Shown here: positions 1 through 11,451 of the stretch, piece by piece
How positions within the stretch are numbered: the first letter of the stretch is position 1
Layout of the letters: each line of letters starts with the position of its first letter
NCBI GenBank assembly: GCA_963575745.1
Contig: CAUYUJ010000256.1
Coordinates: forward strand, 62,001-116,249
DNA: 54,249 bases
Direction: 5' to 3'
Source of the DNA: Prorocentrum cordatum
Lineage: Eukaryota
Notes under the pieces: model-generated
Seen by the model: only the letters and a program-made list of their open reading frames with translations
The model's database searches: none
Told to the model about the DNA's origin: nothing
Translations under genes and position numbers: made by a program

Positions 1-205
1 CTCCTCCTCCTCCTCCTCCTCCTCCTCCTCCCTCCTCCTCCTCCTCTCCTCCTCCCTCCTCCCTCCTCCCTCCTCCCTCCCTCCTCTCCTCCTCCTCCTC
101 CTCCTCCTCCTCCTCCTCCTCCTCCTCCTCCTCCTCCTCCTCCTCCTCCTTCCCTTCCCCTCTCCCTCCCTCCCTCTTCCCCTCTCCCTCCCTCCCTCCT
201 TCCTT
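1..205. repeat. (CCT)n/(CCCT)n polypyrimidine microsatellite
   Basis: Directly visible. Confidence 0.95.
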
Positions 206-796
206 CGCGCCCTTCGGACGTTGCGTGCCCGTGGGGGACCGCGCCCTGCCCCTCCCCGCCAGATACACGGACGGAGGAGGTCCAACCACTCGCCTGCGAC
301 TCCTATGATTGCCGCGGGCCGCGGCGTGGGCTGCCCGGTTTGCGGGTGGCCCCCCCCACGACGGCCCTCTGTGGAGACGCCCGTCGGGGGGCTGGCGATG
401 CCATGCCAGCGGCCCGCCGAAGCGGCACCACCCGGCACGGACTGCCTGCCCCAGCCGCCGCCGCGCCCGCGGTGCGCCCACGCTGCTGGCGCGCCCTGGC
501 GGGCGCCCGCCGCTGGCGCTCGGGTCACGGCGGCTGCGGGCGGCCCCACTGCCCTGGCGGCCCGGCGAGCTCCACGACAGCGCCCAGCTCCCGCGCCTCC
601 CACCCCGCGTGCGCAGCCTCCGCCGGATCTCCCGCCGATAAGCCAGTCGGCACGGCCGAGGATACTGGCGCTCCTCTGACAGTGCACCGCCCTGCGTGCG
701 CCGCTGCGCCGTCCCCTGGACAGGTGAACGGCTGTCTCTAGACCGTCCTGCACACGCGACACACGGGGATCTGGCCCACGCAATCCGTCCTGAGCG

Positions 797-1294
797 CCTC
801 CTCCTCCTCCTCCTCCTCCTCCTCCTCCTCCTCCTCCTCCTCCTCCTCCTCTTCTCCTACCTCCTCCTCCTCCTCCTCCTCCTCCTCCTCCCTCCATCCA
901 TCCATCCTCCCTCCCTCCCTCCCCACCACCATCTTCCCTCCCCCTCCTCCCTCCTCCCTTCCTCCCTCCCTCCCTCCCTCCTTCCGCCCTCTTCCGCCCC
1001 TCTTCCCTCCCTCATGTCCCCTCCCTCCCTCCCTCCCCCTCCCTCCACCCTCCCTCCCTCCCTTCCTCCCTCACCTCCCTCCTCCTCCTCCTCCTCCTCC
1101 TCCTCCTCCTCCCTCCCTCCCTCCCTCCCTCCTCCCTCCCTCCCTCCTCCTCCCTCCATGCCTCCTCCCGCCCTCCCACTCTCCCTCCTCCCTCCTCCCC
1201 TCCTCCTTCCTCCCTCCTCCCTCCCTCCTCCTCCTCCTCCGCCTCCTCCTCCTTTTCCTCCTTCTCCTCCTCCTCCTCCTCCTCCTCCTCCTCC
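797..1294. repeat. (CCT)n-rich tract upstream of the SL retrocopy
   Basis: Directly visible; runs straight into the SL. Confidence 0.95.
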
Positions 1295-1316
1295 TCCGTA
1301 GCCATTTTGGCTCAAG
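1295..1316 (+). other. Genomic copy of the dinoflagellate spliced leader (DinoSL), a retroposition mark
   Basis: TCCGTAGCCATTTTGGCTCAAG matches the DinoSL consensus DCCGTAGCCATTTTGGCTCAAG at 22/22. It lies 48 nt upstream of the ATG at 1365 and directly after a (CCT)n tract. Confidence 0.97.
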
Positions 1317-1364
1317 GTTGGCTCCTCTGCGCGGCCGCAGCCGTTTCGCGGCCCGCCATAGAGG

Positions 1365-3056
1365 ATGCCCCCAGCGCAGCTGCGCGCCTTGGTGCGGGAC
1401 GGTGCGGAGCGAACGCACCGACGAGGCTGGGCGAGACTCTGCGCGGACAACGCCATCCGCAAGCTTCAGGACGAGGTCCAGAAGCTGAGGGAGGAGAACG
1501 TGCAGTGCCAGGCCCAGCTGAGAGAGGCGAAGGCTGAGGCGGAGGCACAGCACACACGGAGACTGCGCGCCGACGCCGAGCCCTTCGTGACCTGCGACAC
1601 GATGTGGAAGTTTGTGAAGCCGATCGTCGAGCCGGCAGCCGAAGAGCCGTGGTGGGGCTGGCAGTGGATGCAAGCCTACGCGGAGGAGGACTGCGCGAGT
1701 GGAACGGACGGACAGTGGCAGCCTCCAGCGAGTGTGCGCGGGAGCGACGGGCAGTGGCAGCCTCAAGTCGATGGTGGAAGTACATGCGAGAAGGACGGAC
1801 AGTGGCAGCATCAAGAAGGAGCGTGCGAGAAAGACGAGCTGTGGCAGCTACAGGCGGTCGAGCAGTGGCAGGCTTGCGAGAAGTGGGAGGCGAAGATGGA
1901 GCCCGACACTATAAAGCAAAACGTGACCACCTACAGCGCCGCAATCAGGACGTGCGAGAAGTGTGAAAAGGGAAAGCAGTGGCAGCTTCATGAAGGTTTG
2001 AGTGTGGCGGTTGACTCAAGCGAGAGGCGCGAGGAGAAGTTGGAGCCCAGCACACTAGCCCATGAGGCTTGCGAGAAGCGTGAGGCGACGTTGGAGCCCG
2101 ACTTACTAGCCCACGAGGCGTGCGAGAAGTGGGAGGCGAAGTTGGAGCCTGAACCACTAGCCCACGAGGCTTGCGAGAAGAGTGAGGCGACGTTGGAGCC
2201 TGTCCCACTAGCCCACGAGGCTTGCGAGAAGCGTGTGGTGAAGTTGGAGCCCTTTGCTTGTTGTTTCTCGTATCTCCTCGTTGCCACTGCTGGATCCGCT
2301 GTGTACGAAAAGGTCAGTGCAACGTGCGTGCGAGAAGATGTGAAGGAGGAGTCAAAGGTCGAGCCCAATGCCGTCAGCTACAGACCAGATGACGACTCTG
2401 ATTGTGATAGAGTGTTTCAATTTTCGCAGGATCACGACGAGGTGGAAGATATGATCAATAAGGCGAAGTTGGAGCCAGACCCACTAGCCCACGAGGCTTG
2501 CGAGAAGCGGGCGGCGGTGTTGGAGCCATTTGCTTGTGTTTCCTCGTCTTCCCTCGTCGCCACGGCTGGGTCTGCAATGAGTGAATTGGTGTGTGAAACG
2601 CGCGTGCGTGAAGTTGGGAAGGAGGAGTCAAATGTCGAGCCTGATGCCGTCAGCTACAGTCCAGCTGACGTCGCCGGTTTTCCTGGTGATGATGATGTTG
2701 CTCTCTTTCCTAGCGACGCCTCCCAGTCTTTCGACGCCGACTCCGAAGTGCAGTACCACTTCGACGACGACTGCGAGCAGATAGAATCATTCGCAAACCC
2801 GCACGGCGTGGACGAGTCGCGAGACATATATGGGGAGCTCTGCAGTGACATGGCCGACCTGGTGTTGTTGCGCCGTCCTGCGGCGATGCGGGCCTACCTC
2901 CGTGAGAATTTCGTGCTCAACGGAACTACCGACGTCGACTTCGAGGTAGACTTCGACGCGGTATGCACCGAGCTTGCCGCCCTCGCCATGGGTGTGCGGC
3001 TGGATGAAATGGAACACCTTCTCCGTGAGCGGTTTGCTCCTGCCGTGCAGGCGTAA
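1365..3056 (+). CDS. Intronless 563-aa retrogene: N-terminal coiled-coil-like segment, degenerate PPR motif and PPR-derived tandem repeats
   Basis: Uninterrupted ATG-to-TAA ORF of non-microsatellite sequence downstream of the SL. WEAKMEP..NVTTYSAAIRTCEK..GKQWQ resembles dinoflagellate PPR motifs. It has 51-bp (17-aa) repeats with TTGGAGCC at 2040, 2091, 2142, 2193 and 2244, plus an internal duplication at offset 276 bp. Confidence 0.85.
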   Translation: MPPAQLRALVRDGAERTHRRGWARLCADNAIRKLQDEVQKLREENVQCQAQLREAKAEAEAQHTRRLRADAEPFVTCDTMWKFVKPIVEPAAEEPWWGWQWMQAYAEEDCASGTDGQWQPPASVRGSDGQWQPQVDGGSTCEKDGQWQHQEGACEKDELWQLQAVEQWQACEKWEAKMEPDTIKQNVTTYSAAIRTCEKCEKGKQWQLHEGLSVAVDSSERREEKLEPSTLAHEACEKREATLEPDLLAHEACEKWEAKLEPEPLAHEACEKSEATLEPVPLAHEACEKRVVKLEPFACCFSYLLVATAGSAVYEKVSATCVREDVKEESKVEPNAVSYRPDDDSDCDRVFQFSQDHDEVEDMINKAKLEPDPLAHEACEKRAAVLEPFACVSSSSLVATAGSAMSELVCETRVREVGKEESNVEPDAVSYSPADVAGFPGDDDVALFPSDASQSFDADSEVQYHFDDDCEQIESFANPHGVDESRDIYGELCSDMADLVLLRRPAAMRAYLRENFVLNGTTDVDFEVDFDAVCTELAALAMGVRLDEMEHLLRERFAPAVQA

Positions 3057-3247
3057 CCAGCCCAATCTGTTGGAGAGTGGAGGGTGTCTTACTACTTCGT
3101 GTACGGGTCCTTCGGGCAGTTCTGCGTTCTGTACTTGGGTTCCCGTACTGGTTCGTGTTCGCCTCCTTCTTGTTCGTCGTGTTCCCCGACAAGTTCAGAG
3201 GGTGGCCGTTCTATGGATTTCGCTATGCGATTGGTCTCATCTCATCA

Positions 3248-3832
3248 CCTCCTCCTCCTCCTCCTCCTCCTCCTCCTCCTCTTCCTCCCCCTCCTCCCCC
3301 TCCTCCTCCTCCTCCTCCTCCTCCTCCTCCTCCTCCCCCTCCCCCTCCCTCCTCCTCCTTCCTCCTCCTCCTCCTCCTCCTCCTCCTCCTCCTCCTCCTC
3401 CTCCTCCTCCTCCTCCTCCTCTCCTCCTCCGCCTCCGCTCCGCCTCCGCCTCCTCCTCCTCCTCCTCCTCCTCCTCCTCCTCCTCCTCCTGCCCTCTCCT
3501 CCTCATCCTCCTCCCCAATCCTCACTCCTCCCTCCTCCCGCCTCCCTCCTCCCTCCTCGCTCCTCACGCCTCCCTCCTCCTCCCTCCCTCTTCCCTCCTC
3601 CTGCATCCCCTGCCTCCCTCTCATCATCCCTCCCTCCCTCCCTCCCTCCTCTCTCCCTCCCACCCTCCCTCCCTCCTCCATCCCGCCTCCTCCGCCTCCG
3701 CCTCCTCTTCCTCCTCTTCCTCCCCCTCCTCCTCCTCCTTCTCCTCCTCCTCTTCCTCCTCCTCCGTCTCTGCTTCTCCTCCTCCTCCTCCGCCTCCTCC
3801 TCCTCCTCCTCCTCCTCCTCCGCCTCCTCCTC
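3248..3832. repeat. (CCT)n-rich tract downstream of the SL retrocopy
   Basis: Directly visible; begins after GGTCTCATCTCATCA. Confidence 0.95.
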
Positions 3833-4273
3833 ATCCATCATTCGGCTGCTTGTCCGAGATCTGGTTGGGCCAGGCTGGCTTGCCGCACGCGCGAGCGGGC
3901 GCGATTGCCGCCACGGGCGCTTCGCTCGCCCAGAGGCTTGCCCCAGAAAGAGATGTGAACCCAGCCTCGGCATTCCTGGACCCAAGATCGATGCATACGC
4001 CTTTCTGGCTCGGCCAAGGAGGCATCTGCACCGATCCTGGGCCCAGGACGAGCCTGGTCAGTATCGGTGCATGTGCACACTTCTCGTCGCCCGACCAGGG
4101 GGGGGGAGAAGGAGGAAGCACGACCACAGAACTTCACCTGACGCGGCCTCGATCGCTGAGCGAATCAAAACGTCGCCAGGCAAATGCCAGGAAGGGGCGC
4201 GGCGGGGGGCCGAGGGCGCAGGGGCGCAGCCAACCCCGATGCGCAACACGCAGCCCGAGCGTGTTAACACAGA

Positions 4274-5594
4274 TCTTTCCATGGAGAGTGGTGAGCATAC
4301 CTGAGAACGAGTCGGACCTGCGGCCGACTTCAGTAGGCTCAATTGTGATGCGGTGTTGGTTGAGTGCTCCGCCGATGGCCTTACCACAACCGTGTGATAC
4401 GCAATGGGCTGGGAAGCGGGGAGTGAGTGTGGCACATGCGATCTCTCAATGACTTGCCGACTGTACCCAAGCTGATGCAGGTGTGGAACTGGACTTGTCT
4501 CGTGCCTGCGACAACATCAATCAAGAAATTGGGGAAGCTGCGTTGTTGGCCACAAGTACTCCTGACAGGATGGTGTACACGGCCTTTGCAGCGCGGACTG
4601 GATCTCGGTCTCTAAGTGTGGGTAGTGAATATGCTGCTCCTGTTCTTCCTCAACGTGGGTTGCCACAAGGTGACTCGATTGCGACAGCAGCGATGGCATG
4701 TACTCGTACTCCGTGGAGGCCGTTCTGAGGACAGGCGTACATGGATGACAGGAGCCTCACAGGTGCTACGAGAGAACAACTACAGGACGACCTCGACATG
4801 ACGGCAACCTTCGACAGGGATTGCGGCTTCGTGAAGAACCAGGCGAAGAGGCAAGTCTGGACCCGAGAAGATGATCCACCAGCTCTTGTGGAACATTTGG
4901 GATTCCGAGGTAGGCCTGTTGATCATGATTATCCTATCTTGCCTCGATTGGGGTGGGGGAAGGTGTTCCAAGCAGTTGCGACTTTGAACAGCATTCCAGG
5001 AGGCGCAGATGCTAGAGAAAGATAGGCTGTCAATTACATCAGACCGTTGTGGTATTGGGCTTCACCGGTACTGGCACTGGTTCCTGAGAAGGTGGCGACA
5101 CTACTACACAAGGCCGTGATTCGGTCTTCGTCGAAGTGGTGGTGTAGACACAGGTGGTGGGCTCAGAGAATACACCTGCATCCTCGGTATGGAGGCGCTT
5201 TGTATGCACTGACGACGGCGGTCCATGAGAACTTAGTTGGTCAGAGTTTGCTCAGTGGCTGCACATGCAGAAGTGTTTGGACAAAGTCGTGTGAGGTGTT
5301 CGCCACAGCAGGGTTGTCATTTGGAAGCTCAGCCCGACGTTGATCATAGAGATCTGGATGCAGTCCGTTGGAGTTTCCTGCCAGGCACTTATCGGTTCTG
5401 GACGAGGCGCCCTCACCAGGAACGGTATCGAGGCCGACTCGAGCATGGACTGCGCACAATTGCTAGGGTACGATGTTTCCAACAAGGACAGACAAGATGC
5501 AGGTGTGATACCAGAGATTGATCCGCACATCTTATCTTGTCTTGTATGTCAGAAGTTCATGAAGAAGTTTCCAAAGGCCGAAAGGAAGCTGCTC

Positions 5595-5635
<41 letters not shown>

Positions 5636-6015
5636 AGTTCTGGTGGTGTGGCCTCAGAGGCGCGGAGGCAATATGGCAACACATGTTCTTTTTGCCGTGC
5701 GGACTGGCCTTCATTTCGCCATGTATGGGCTGAGTGCCCAGAGTTTTCTCGATCAAGAAATGAATATCTCACAAGTATGGGCCTCCTGCCAATTTCTGGA
5801 CTTCGGTCCCAAAGGTGACTGCTAAGAGTGGCTGGGTGACACTTGGACAAGCAGATTCTCTCAACCAGCGTGATGTGATGATGCAGGCCGCCTGTGGGTT
5901 GGCCCTCGAGATCTTGCAGCTGAAGCCAGACCAGCGTTTACATCCAATGGAGTAGACATCCAGTACTGGGGCTACCTCATAGTCACGATGCGCCCAGACA
6001 CCCTCTTCTTCTTCT
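4274..6015 (+). mobile_element. 5'-truncated, degenerate non-LTR retrotransposon (LINE) with a (TCT)4 tail
   Basis: RT motifs are collinear in frame +1: WRVVSIP..LRPTSVGS, ELDLSRACDNI, RGLPQGD, YMDD (4738-4749), GFVKNQAK, EHLG. A C-x2-C-x8-H-x4-C knuckle lies at 5684-5737 and TCTTCTTCTTCT at 6004-6015. The two flanks rejoin into the repeat seen intact from 47701. Confidence 0.9.
4282..5955 (+). pseudogene. Reverse transcriptase / zinc-knuckle ORF remnant of the LINE
   Basis: In-frame stops at 4450-4452, 4726-4728 and 5023-5025, frameshifts after ~5240, and a (TA)n expansion at 5598-5628. The last segment VTAKSGWVT...HPME ends at TAG 5955. Confidence 0.88.
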
Positions 6016-7224
6016 GAGCTCAACACGCAGATTGGAAACGCAGGTCTTGCGCGATACGTTCGCCAAGACGTGGGCCAAAATGTGCCCAGGCAACAGGGAG
6101 CGTGTTAACACGGACGTCTTGAGCACGGCACCTCTTGCGTTTCAAAACGAGCGTGCCAGGGAAGCTAAGCACAGGGAGTCGGCGGCAGTGCGAGGGCTCC
6201 TCCTCCTGCCATTCCTCCTCCTCCTCCTCCTCCTCCTCCTCCTCCTCCTCCTCCTCCTCATCGATCTCCTCCTCCTCGCTCTCTTCCTCCTCGACCTCCT
6301 CCTCCTCCTCGACCTCCTCCTCCTCCCCCCCCTCCTCCTCCTCCTCCTCCTCCTCCTGATCGTCCTCCTCCTCGACCTCCTCCTCCTCCTCCCCCTCCTC
6401 CTCCTCCTCCTCCTCCCCCTCCTCCTCGACCTCCCCGCCGCGGTTGGACTCGGCTCGGTGGGGGGGCCCTACCCCGAGGCCTGGGCCGGCCGGTGGCGGC
6501 CGTCTCGGGGCATGGCCCGTGGGCCAGGCTCTGTTCTCTAGACCTGCGCGGAGCGCAGACCGCCCTCGCCGGGCGCGCCAGCAGCTGCCGTGGCATGCTG
6601 GACCCCTGGACCTCCTCGACATCCCTCTCCACCTCCTCCTGAGCCTCCTCCTCCTCCTCCTCCTCCCTCCCTTCCCTCCCTCCTCCCTCCCTCCTCCCTC
6701 CCCTCCCTCCCACCTCCCTCCTCCCTCCTCCCTCCTCCCTCCCTCCCTCCCTTTCTCTCCTTCTACCTCCCTCCCTCATCACCATCAAGCGCATGTCCTT
6801 CAAAATCAAGGCCCGCCGCAAGAAAGCACGCGTCGCCGTCGCTTGCGTACGCTATCCACCCGTGTCGCACACCCCGATCGGCCTGGAACGCCTTCTTCGC
6901 CGTGGTCGCCTTGTTCACACCTGCATTGACCTTTTCGGGAGCCCCTCCCTACCGCGTAACTAAGCGCGTATGCCAACAGGGCCCCCACCCCTCATCTGAC
7001 TTCCAGAAAAAGGTCGAGGAGAAGGAGGTGAATCTCGACACGTACGGCTCGCTCTAGAAGCACTGGATCGAAACATGTTGACACGAGATCGTTTTCCCCA
7101 GCCATCCTCTGGTCGTGAGTCCTCGTTGCGAAGAGACAGCGCCCCACGTCTCACTCCTCCTTCCTCCTGATGCCTCGTCCCCCGCATCCCTCCTTCCATC
7201 CTTGCCTCTGCCCTGCGTATGTGC

Positions 7225-7900
7225 ATGCCGGCACGCCCCTCACATGTCTCGGGACCACGAGGAAGCTTCAACCAATGTCCCAATGCCACCGTTCGCATGC
7301 GTCTCCCATCCATTACGGCACGCCCGTCACAAGGTCCGTGGCCCCACAAGGAGGAGATCCTCCCAACACCCCAGCGCCACCGTTCGCACGCGTCTCCGCC
7401 GCCCATTGCGGCGCACCTGTCACACGATTCGTGGCCCCTATCAGAAGCTCCAACCATGGCCCTGGTGCCATCGTTCACGTGACTGTCCCCCGCATATTGC
7501 GGCACACCCCTCACACGTTTCGTGGCCACTATCGGAAGCTCCACCAATGGCCCTGGTCCCACCGTTCACATGCGTCTCCCCTGCCCATTACGGAACACCC
7601 CTCACGCGGCTCGTGGCCCCTACCGGGAGCTCCACTCAAGGCACCAGTGCCTCCGTTCACATGCGTCTCCCCTGGCCATTCAGGCGCACCCTTTACACGG
7701 ATCGTGGCCCCTATCGTGAACTCCACCCAAGGCACCAGTGCCACCGTTCGCATTCGCCTCCCCCGCCCACTACGGTACACCCCACACACGGTTCGTGTCG
7801 TGGCCCCATAGGAAGCTCCACCCAAGGTCCCAGCGACACCATTCGCACGCGGGCCCCCCCACCCATTACGGCACACCCATCATACGCGTCGTGGCCCCCC
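7225..7900. repeat. 91-bp tandem minisatellite, about 7 diverged copies
   Basis: CCACCGTTC-like anchor at 7286, 7377, 7468, 7559, 7650, 7741 and 7836. Confidence 0.92.
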
Positions 7901-8374
7901 ATTTTATCCCATCTGCCTTGCGATACTGGCAGCTGCATGTGGTTGGGTCCTTCGCCCGGATAGTTTGATTCCCCCCCGTAACGACTGCTACCAGGAGGGA
8001 GGTCGGGCCTGCGAGCGCCACAGCATGCGTGTGAGCACCAGGACACGTATGTCATCACCAAAGCACTTCAGTGAACACCGCGCCATGCCTGTGGGTGGAA
8101 CGGCACCCCCACCGCGCACGCTCGGTCCCGTTACGGCCGTTACGGGGCGGGGGAGGGGCGGGGAGGGGCCACCCTCCGTAACGGAAATTACTGGCTCCTG
8201 AATAAATCAATGAGCTGTTTGCCTCCGCCTGCTTCCGCCCGCCTTCCGCAGGAAGAGCCGCCGACAGCCTTTACTTCCGCCAACTTCCGCGGGCCTTCGG
8301 TCGAAGAAGCGAAGACACATTCTCGAACCACCGAACCCGAGACCCTTTCTGGAGCGCCCCACGTACACTGGGAG

Positions 8375-8885
8375 GGAGGAGGGAGGAGGTAGGAGGCAGG
8401 AGTTAGGAGGAAGCAAGAAGGGGGAGGGAGGAAGGACGAGGACGACGAGGTAGAGGAGGAGGAGGAGGAGCAGGAGGAGGAGGAGGAGAAGGCGGAGGAA
8501 GGAGGGAGGAGGAGGAGGGGAGGAGAGAGGAGGAGGAGGAGGAGGAGGAGGAGGAGGAGGAGGAGAAGGAGGAAGGAGGAGGAGGAGGAGGAGGAAGGGA
8601 GGAGAGGAGGAGGGATGGGAGAGAAGGTGGGGGGAGGGGAGGAGGTGGAGGAGGAGTGGAGGGGGAGGGGGAGGGGGGGGAGGAGGTGGAGGAGGAGGGA
8701 GGAGGAGGAGGGAGTAGGAGAGGAGGAGGAGGAGGAGGAGGAGAGGAGGAGGTCGAGGAGGAGGATGAGGAGGAGGAGGAGGAATGGCAGGAGGAGGAGG
8801 AGGAGGAGGGGGAGGAGGAAGAGGAGGAAGAGGAGGAGGAGGAGGAGCAGAAGAAGGAGGAGGAGGAGGAGGAAGAGGAGGAGGA
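8375..8885. repeat. (GAG)n-rich microsatellite
   Basis: Directly visible. Confidence 0.95.
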
Positions 8886-10228
8886 CACGAATCCCTTTTT
8901 TGATTTCACATGTCTGCGTCGTCGCAGCGCGCGGCAGCATCAATCCGCACGCGCGTCCGGGCGAGACCCGGGCACGGAATCCCGAATTCGCCTGATGCTG
9001 GAGGGGTGGGAGGCATGGAGGCGGCCGCGGGGAACGCGGGGAACACTCACGCAGCAGGGCTGCGGCGAGCGGGCGGGGGCGTCTGGGCTGAAGGGCAGCC
9101 CCTGGCAGCCGTCGCGGGGCGACATCGCGAGGCACCCTGGGGTGGGCCAGCAACCGCAATGCGGGCGAAGCCCAGCAAGCGGGGAGGGGGAGCAGCGGGC
9201 GACCAGAGAACCGGGGCGCCCGGCGGGGGGTGGAGGCAGCCGCGAGAGGACCGGGGGCGGGCCAGGGGCGCGGCGCGCCCGGCGTTGCAGCAGCTGCGAG
9301 AGCGGCCCTGGGCAGAGAGCAACGGGCGGACCAGAAGCGAAGCCGCTGGGCGGCTGGGCAGCAAGCCGCGGGTGCATGGTGCAGGGGCAAAGGCAACTGC
9401 TGGAGAAACGAACGCCATCCCGAAGCCGGCGCACGGCATCACAGCTGTGGAGTAGGCGGTGCCAAATGCAAGTGACGCACGGGTGGGGCCCACGAGGGGG
9501 AGGAAAGGGACGGTCCCGTCGGGGGCTGTCCGAGGGGGCGCCGAGGAAGGCGGCCACCGGGGGGGCAGGGGAAGATGGTGGCACCCCGCACGCACAAAGA
9601 GGCTGTGCCGCGTGCCAGGTAGCACGGGCAGGGCATGGGGCGGGGAGGCAACAGGAAGTAGTGAGCCGCAACGGCGGTGAAAACCCAAGCGGGGCAGCAC
9701 AAGCTGCAGACGGGGGCGAGATCCCGTGTAAAGTGCTGGGGCTGCGGGAATAAGCGCCAGCAGGAAACGGCCCAGCCAGCGCGCTGCTCGCCAGGCGAGG
9801 GGCGGGGGGGGCCGAGAGTGGCGACTGCCGTGGAGGGGCAGAGCCGCGGGGCGGGCGGGAGGCGACCGCCGGCGGCGGGACCAGGCAACACGGGAAGCCC
9901 CCAGCTGGTGCGCAGACTGGTGGAAGAAAGGTGCGGGAGCCTCCTGGGCTTCCAGGCACACCGCGGTCATCAACGTAGCCAGGTAGGCACCTATCTGGTG
10001 CGCAGACTGGTGGAACATGCACGCGGGTCACCTGTATTGGGCGACCACGCACCGTCATGGGTGCTGAGGCGACGAGTGCCCGTCAAGCGTCCCGCTGTCC
10101 ACCGGGCCTCCAACAACCTAGAGCCCCCGCAATCGAGACTGGTCTCCTGCAGGCCCAGTCGCCTCACTGTGCTGCTTGCCTCCCTGCCCTTTGCTAACTG
10201 TCTGGCGCTGGCGGCTGTAATGCTGCCG

Positions 10229-10916
10229 TCAGACCGTGCCCCAGTGAACGACCCGTCGCCGAATGCTGCAGAGGAGGCGGGTGTCGTAGCCGACCCTAGC
10301 CAGCTCAGCCATGAAGCCCTCGCAGCACTCCTCCTGGACTTTGGGGTTGTAAGTACCTCTGCCATGGCCCTTCCCATTGCGCTGGCTACAGGTATTGATT
10401 TCATATACACACACAAAAAAAAGAAGAGAAGAGGAGGCGGAGGAGGAGGAGGAGAAGGAGATGGAGGAGAAGAAGGAGGAGGACGGAGGAGGACGAGATG
10501 GGTAGGAGGTAGGGACGAGTCAGCACCTTTTTCTCTCCCCCGTTGTAGAGGCCGAGGAGGCCAGCCGCGGCGATCAGCGCCGCGGTGAGGAGGCCACTCT
10601 GCCTGAGGGCGCAGCGCGCGGGACAGAAGGGGCCCATCCGCTGCTGCTGCTGCTGCTGCTGCTCCTGCTCCTCCTCCTCCTCCTCCTCCGCCTCCTCCTC
10701 CTCCTTCTCCTCCTCCCCCTCCTCCTCCGACTCTTCCTTCGACTCCGACTGCGAATGCGACTCCGACCTCCTCCCCGTCTCCCTTCCCCTCCTCCGCCTC
10801 ATCCCGTTCTTCTTCTCCTCGTCCTTCAGCCCCCCTCCTCTGCCTCCTCCTTATCATCATCACCACCACTTCACCAACACCACCATCATCACCATCATCA
10901 CCACAAACATAATGGA

Positions 10917-10975
<59 letters not shown>

Positions 10976-11206
10976 CCACCACCATCATCAGCACCATCAT
11001 CAGCATCAGCATCATCATCATCATCAGCATCATCATCATCGTCATCATCATTATCATCATCATGATCATCATCATCAGCATCAGCATCAGCATCATCATC
11101 GTCATCATCAAACACAGCATCATCATAATCATAATCATCATCATCATCAGCATCAGCATCAGCATCAGCATCAGCATCAGCATCATCATCATCATCATCA
11201 TCATCC

Positions 11207-11239
<33 letters not shown>

Positions 11240-11419
11240 GCAGCTGCATCATCAGCACCATCATCAGCATCATCGTCATCACCATCATCATCATCAGCAG
11301 CATCATCAGCAGCATATCAGCATCAGCAGCATCAGCAGCATCATCAGCAGCTGCATCGTATTCAGCATCATCGTCAACATCAGCATCAGCATCAGCATCA
11401 GCATCAGCATCAGCATCAG

Positions 11420-11451
<32 letters not shown>

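Noticed and set aside
1295..1364. SL RNA gene or SL-targeting retrotransposon (CRE/SLACS/NeSL type)
   Set aside because: The SL is followed by GT, but there is no tandem SL array or recognisable SL intron, and the downstream ORF has no RT or endonuclease motif. A retrocopied mRNA is simpler, though the alternative is not formally excluded.
2974..4452. 492-aa ORF
   Set aside because: A chance fusion of retrocopy trailer, (CCT)n and the first ~55 codons of the LINE RT.
9905..10015. Exact 21-bp direct repeat CTGGTGCGCAGACTGGTGGAA (9905 and 9995)
   Set aside because: Only two copies, 90 bp apart, with no other support for CRISPR, LTR or TSD.
10538..10602. Amino-acid transporter call for RQSGLLTAALIAAAGLLGLYNG
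   Set aside because: The resemblance is limited to one hydrophobic helix, and neighbouring exons do not support the family.
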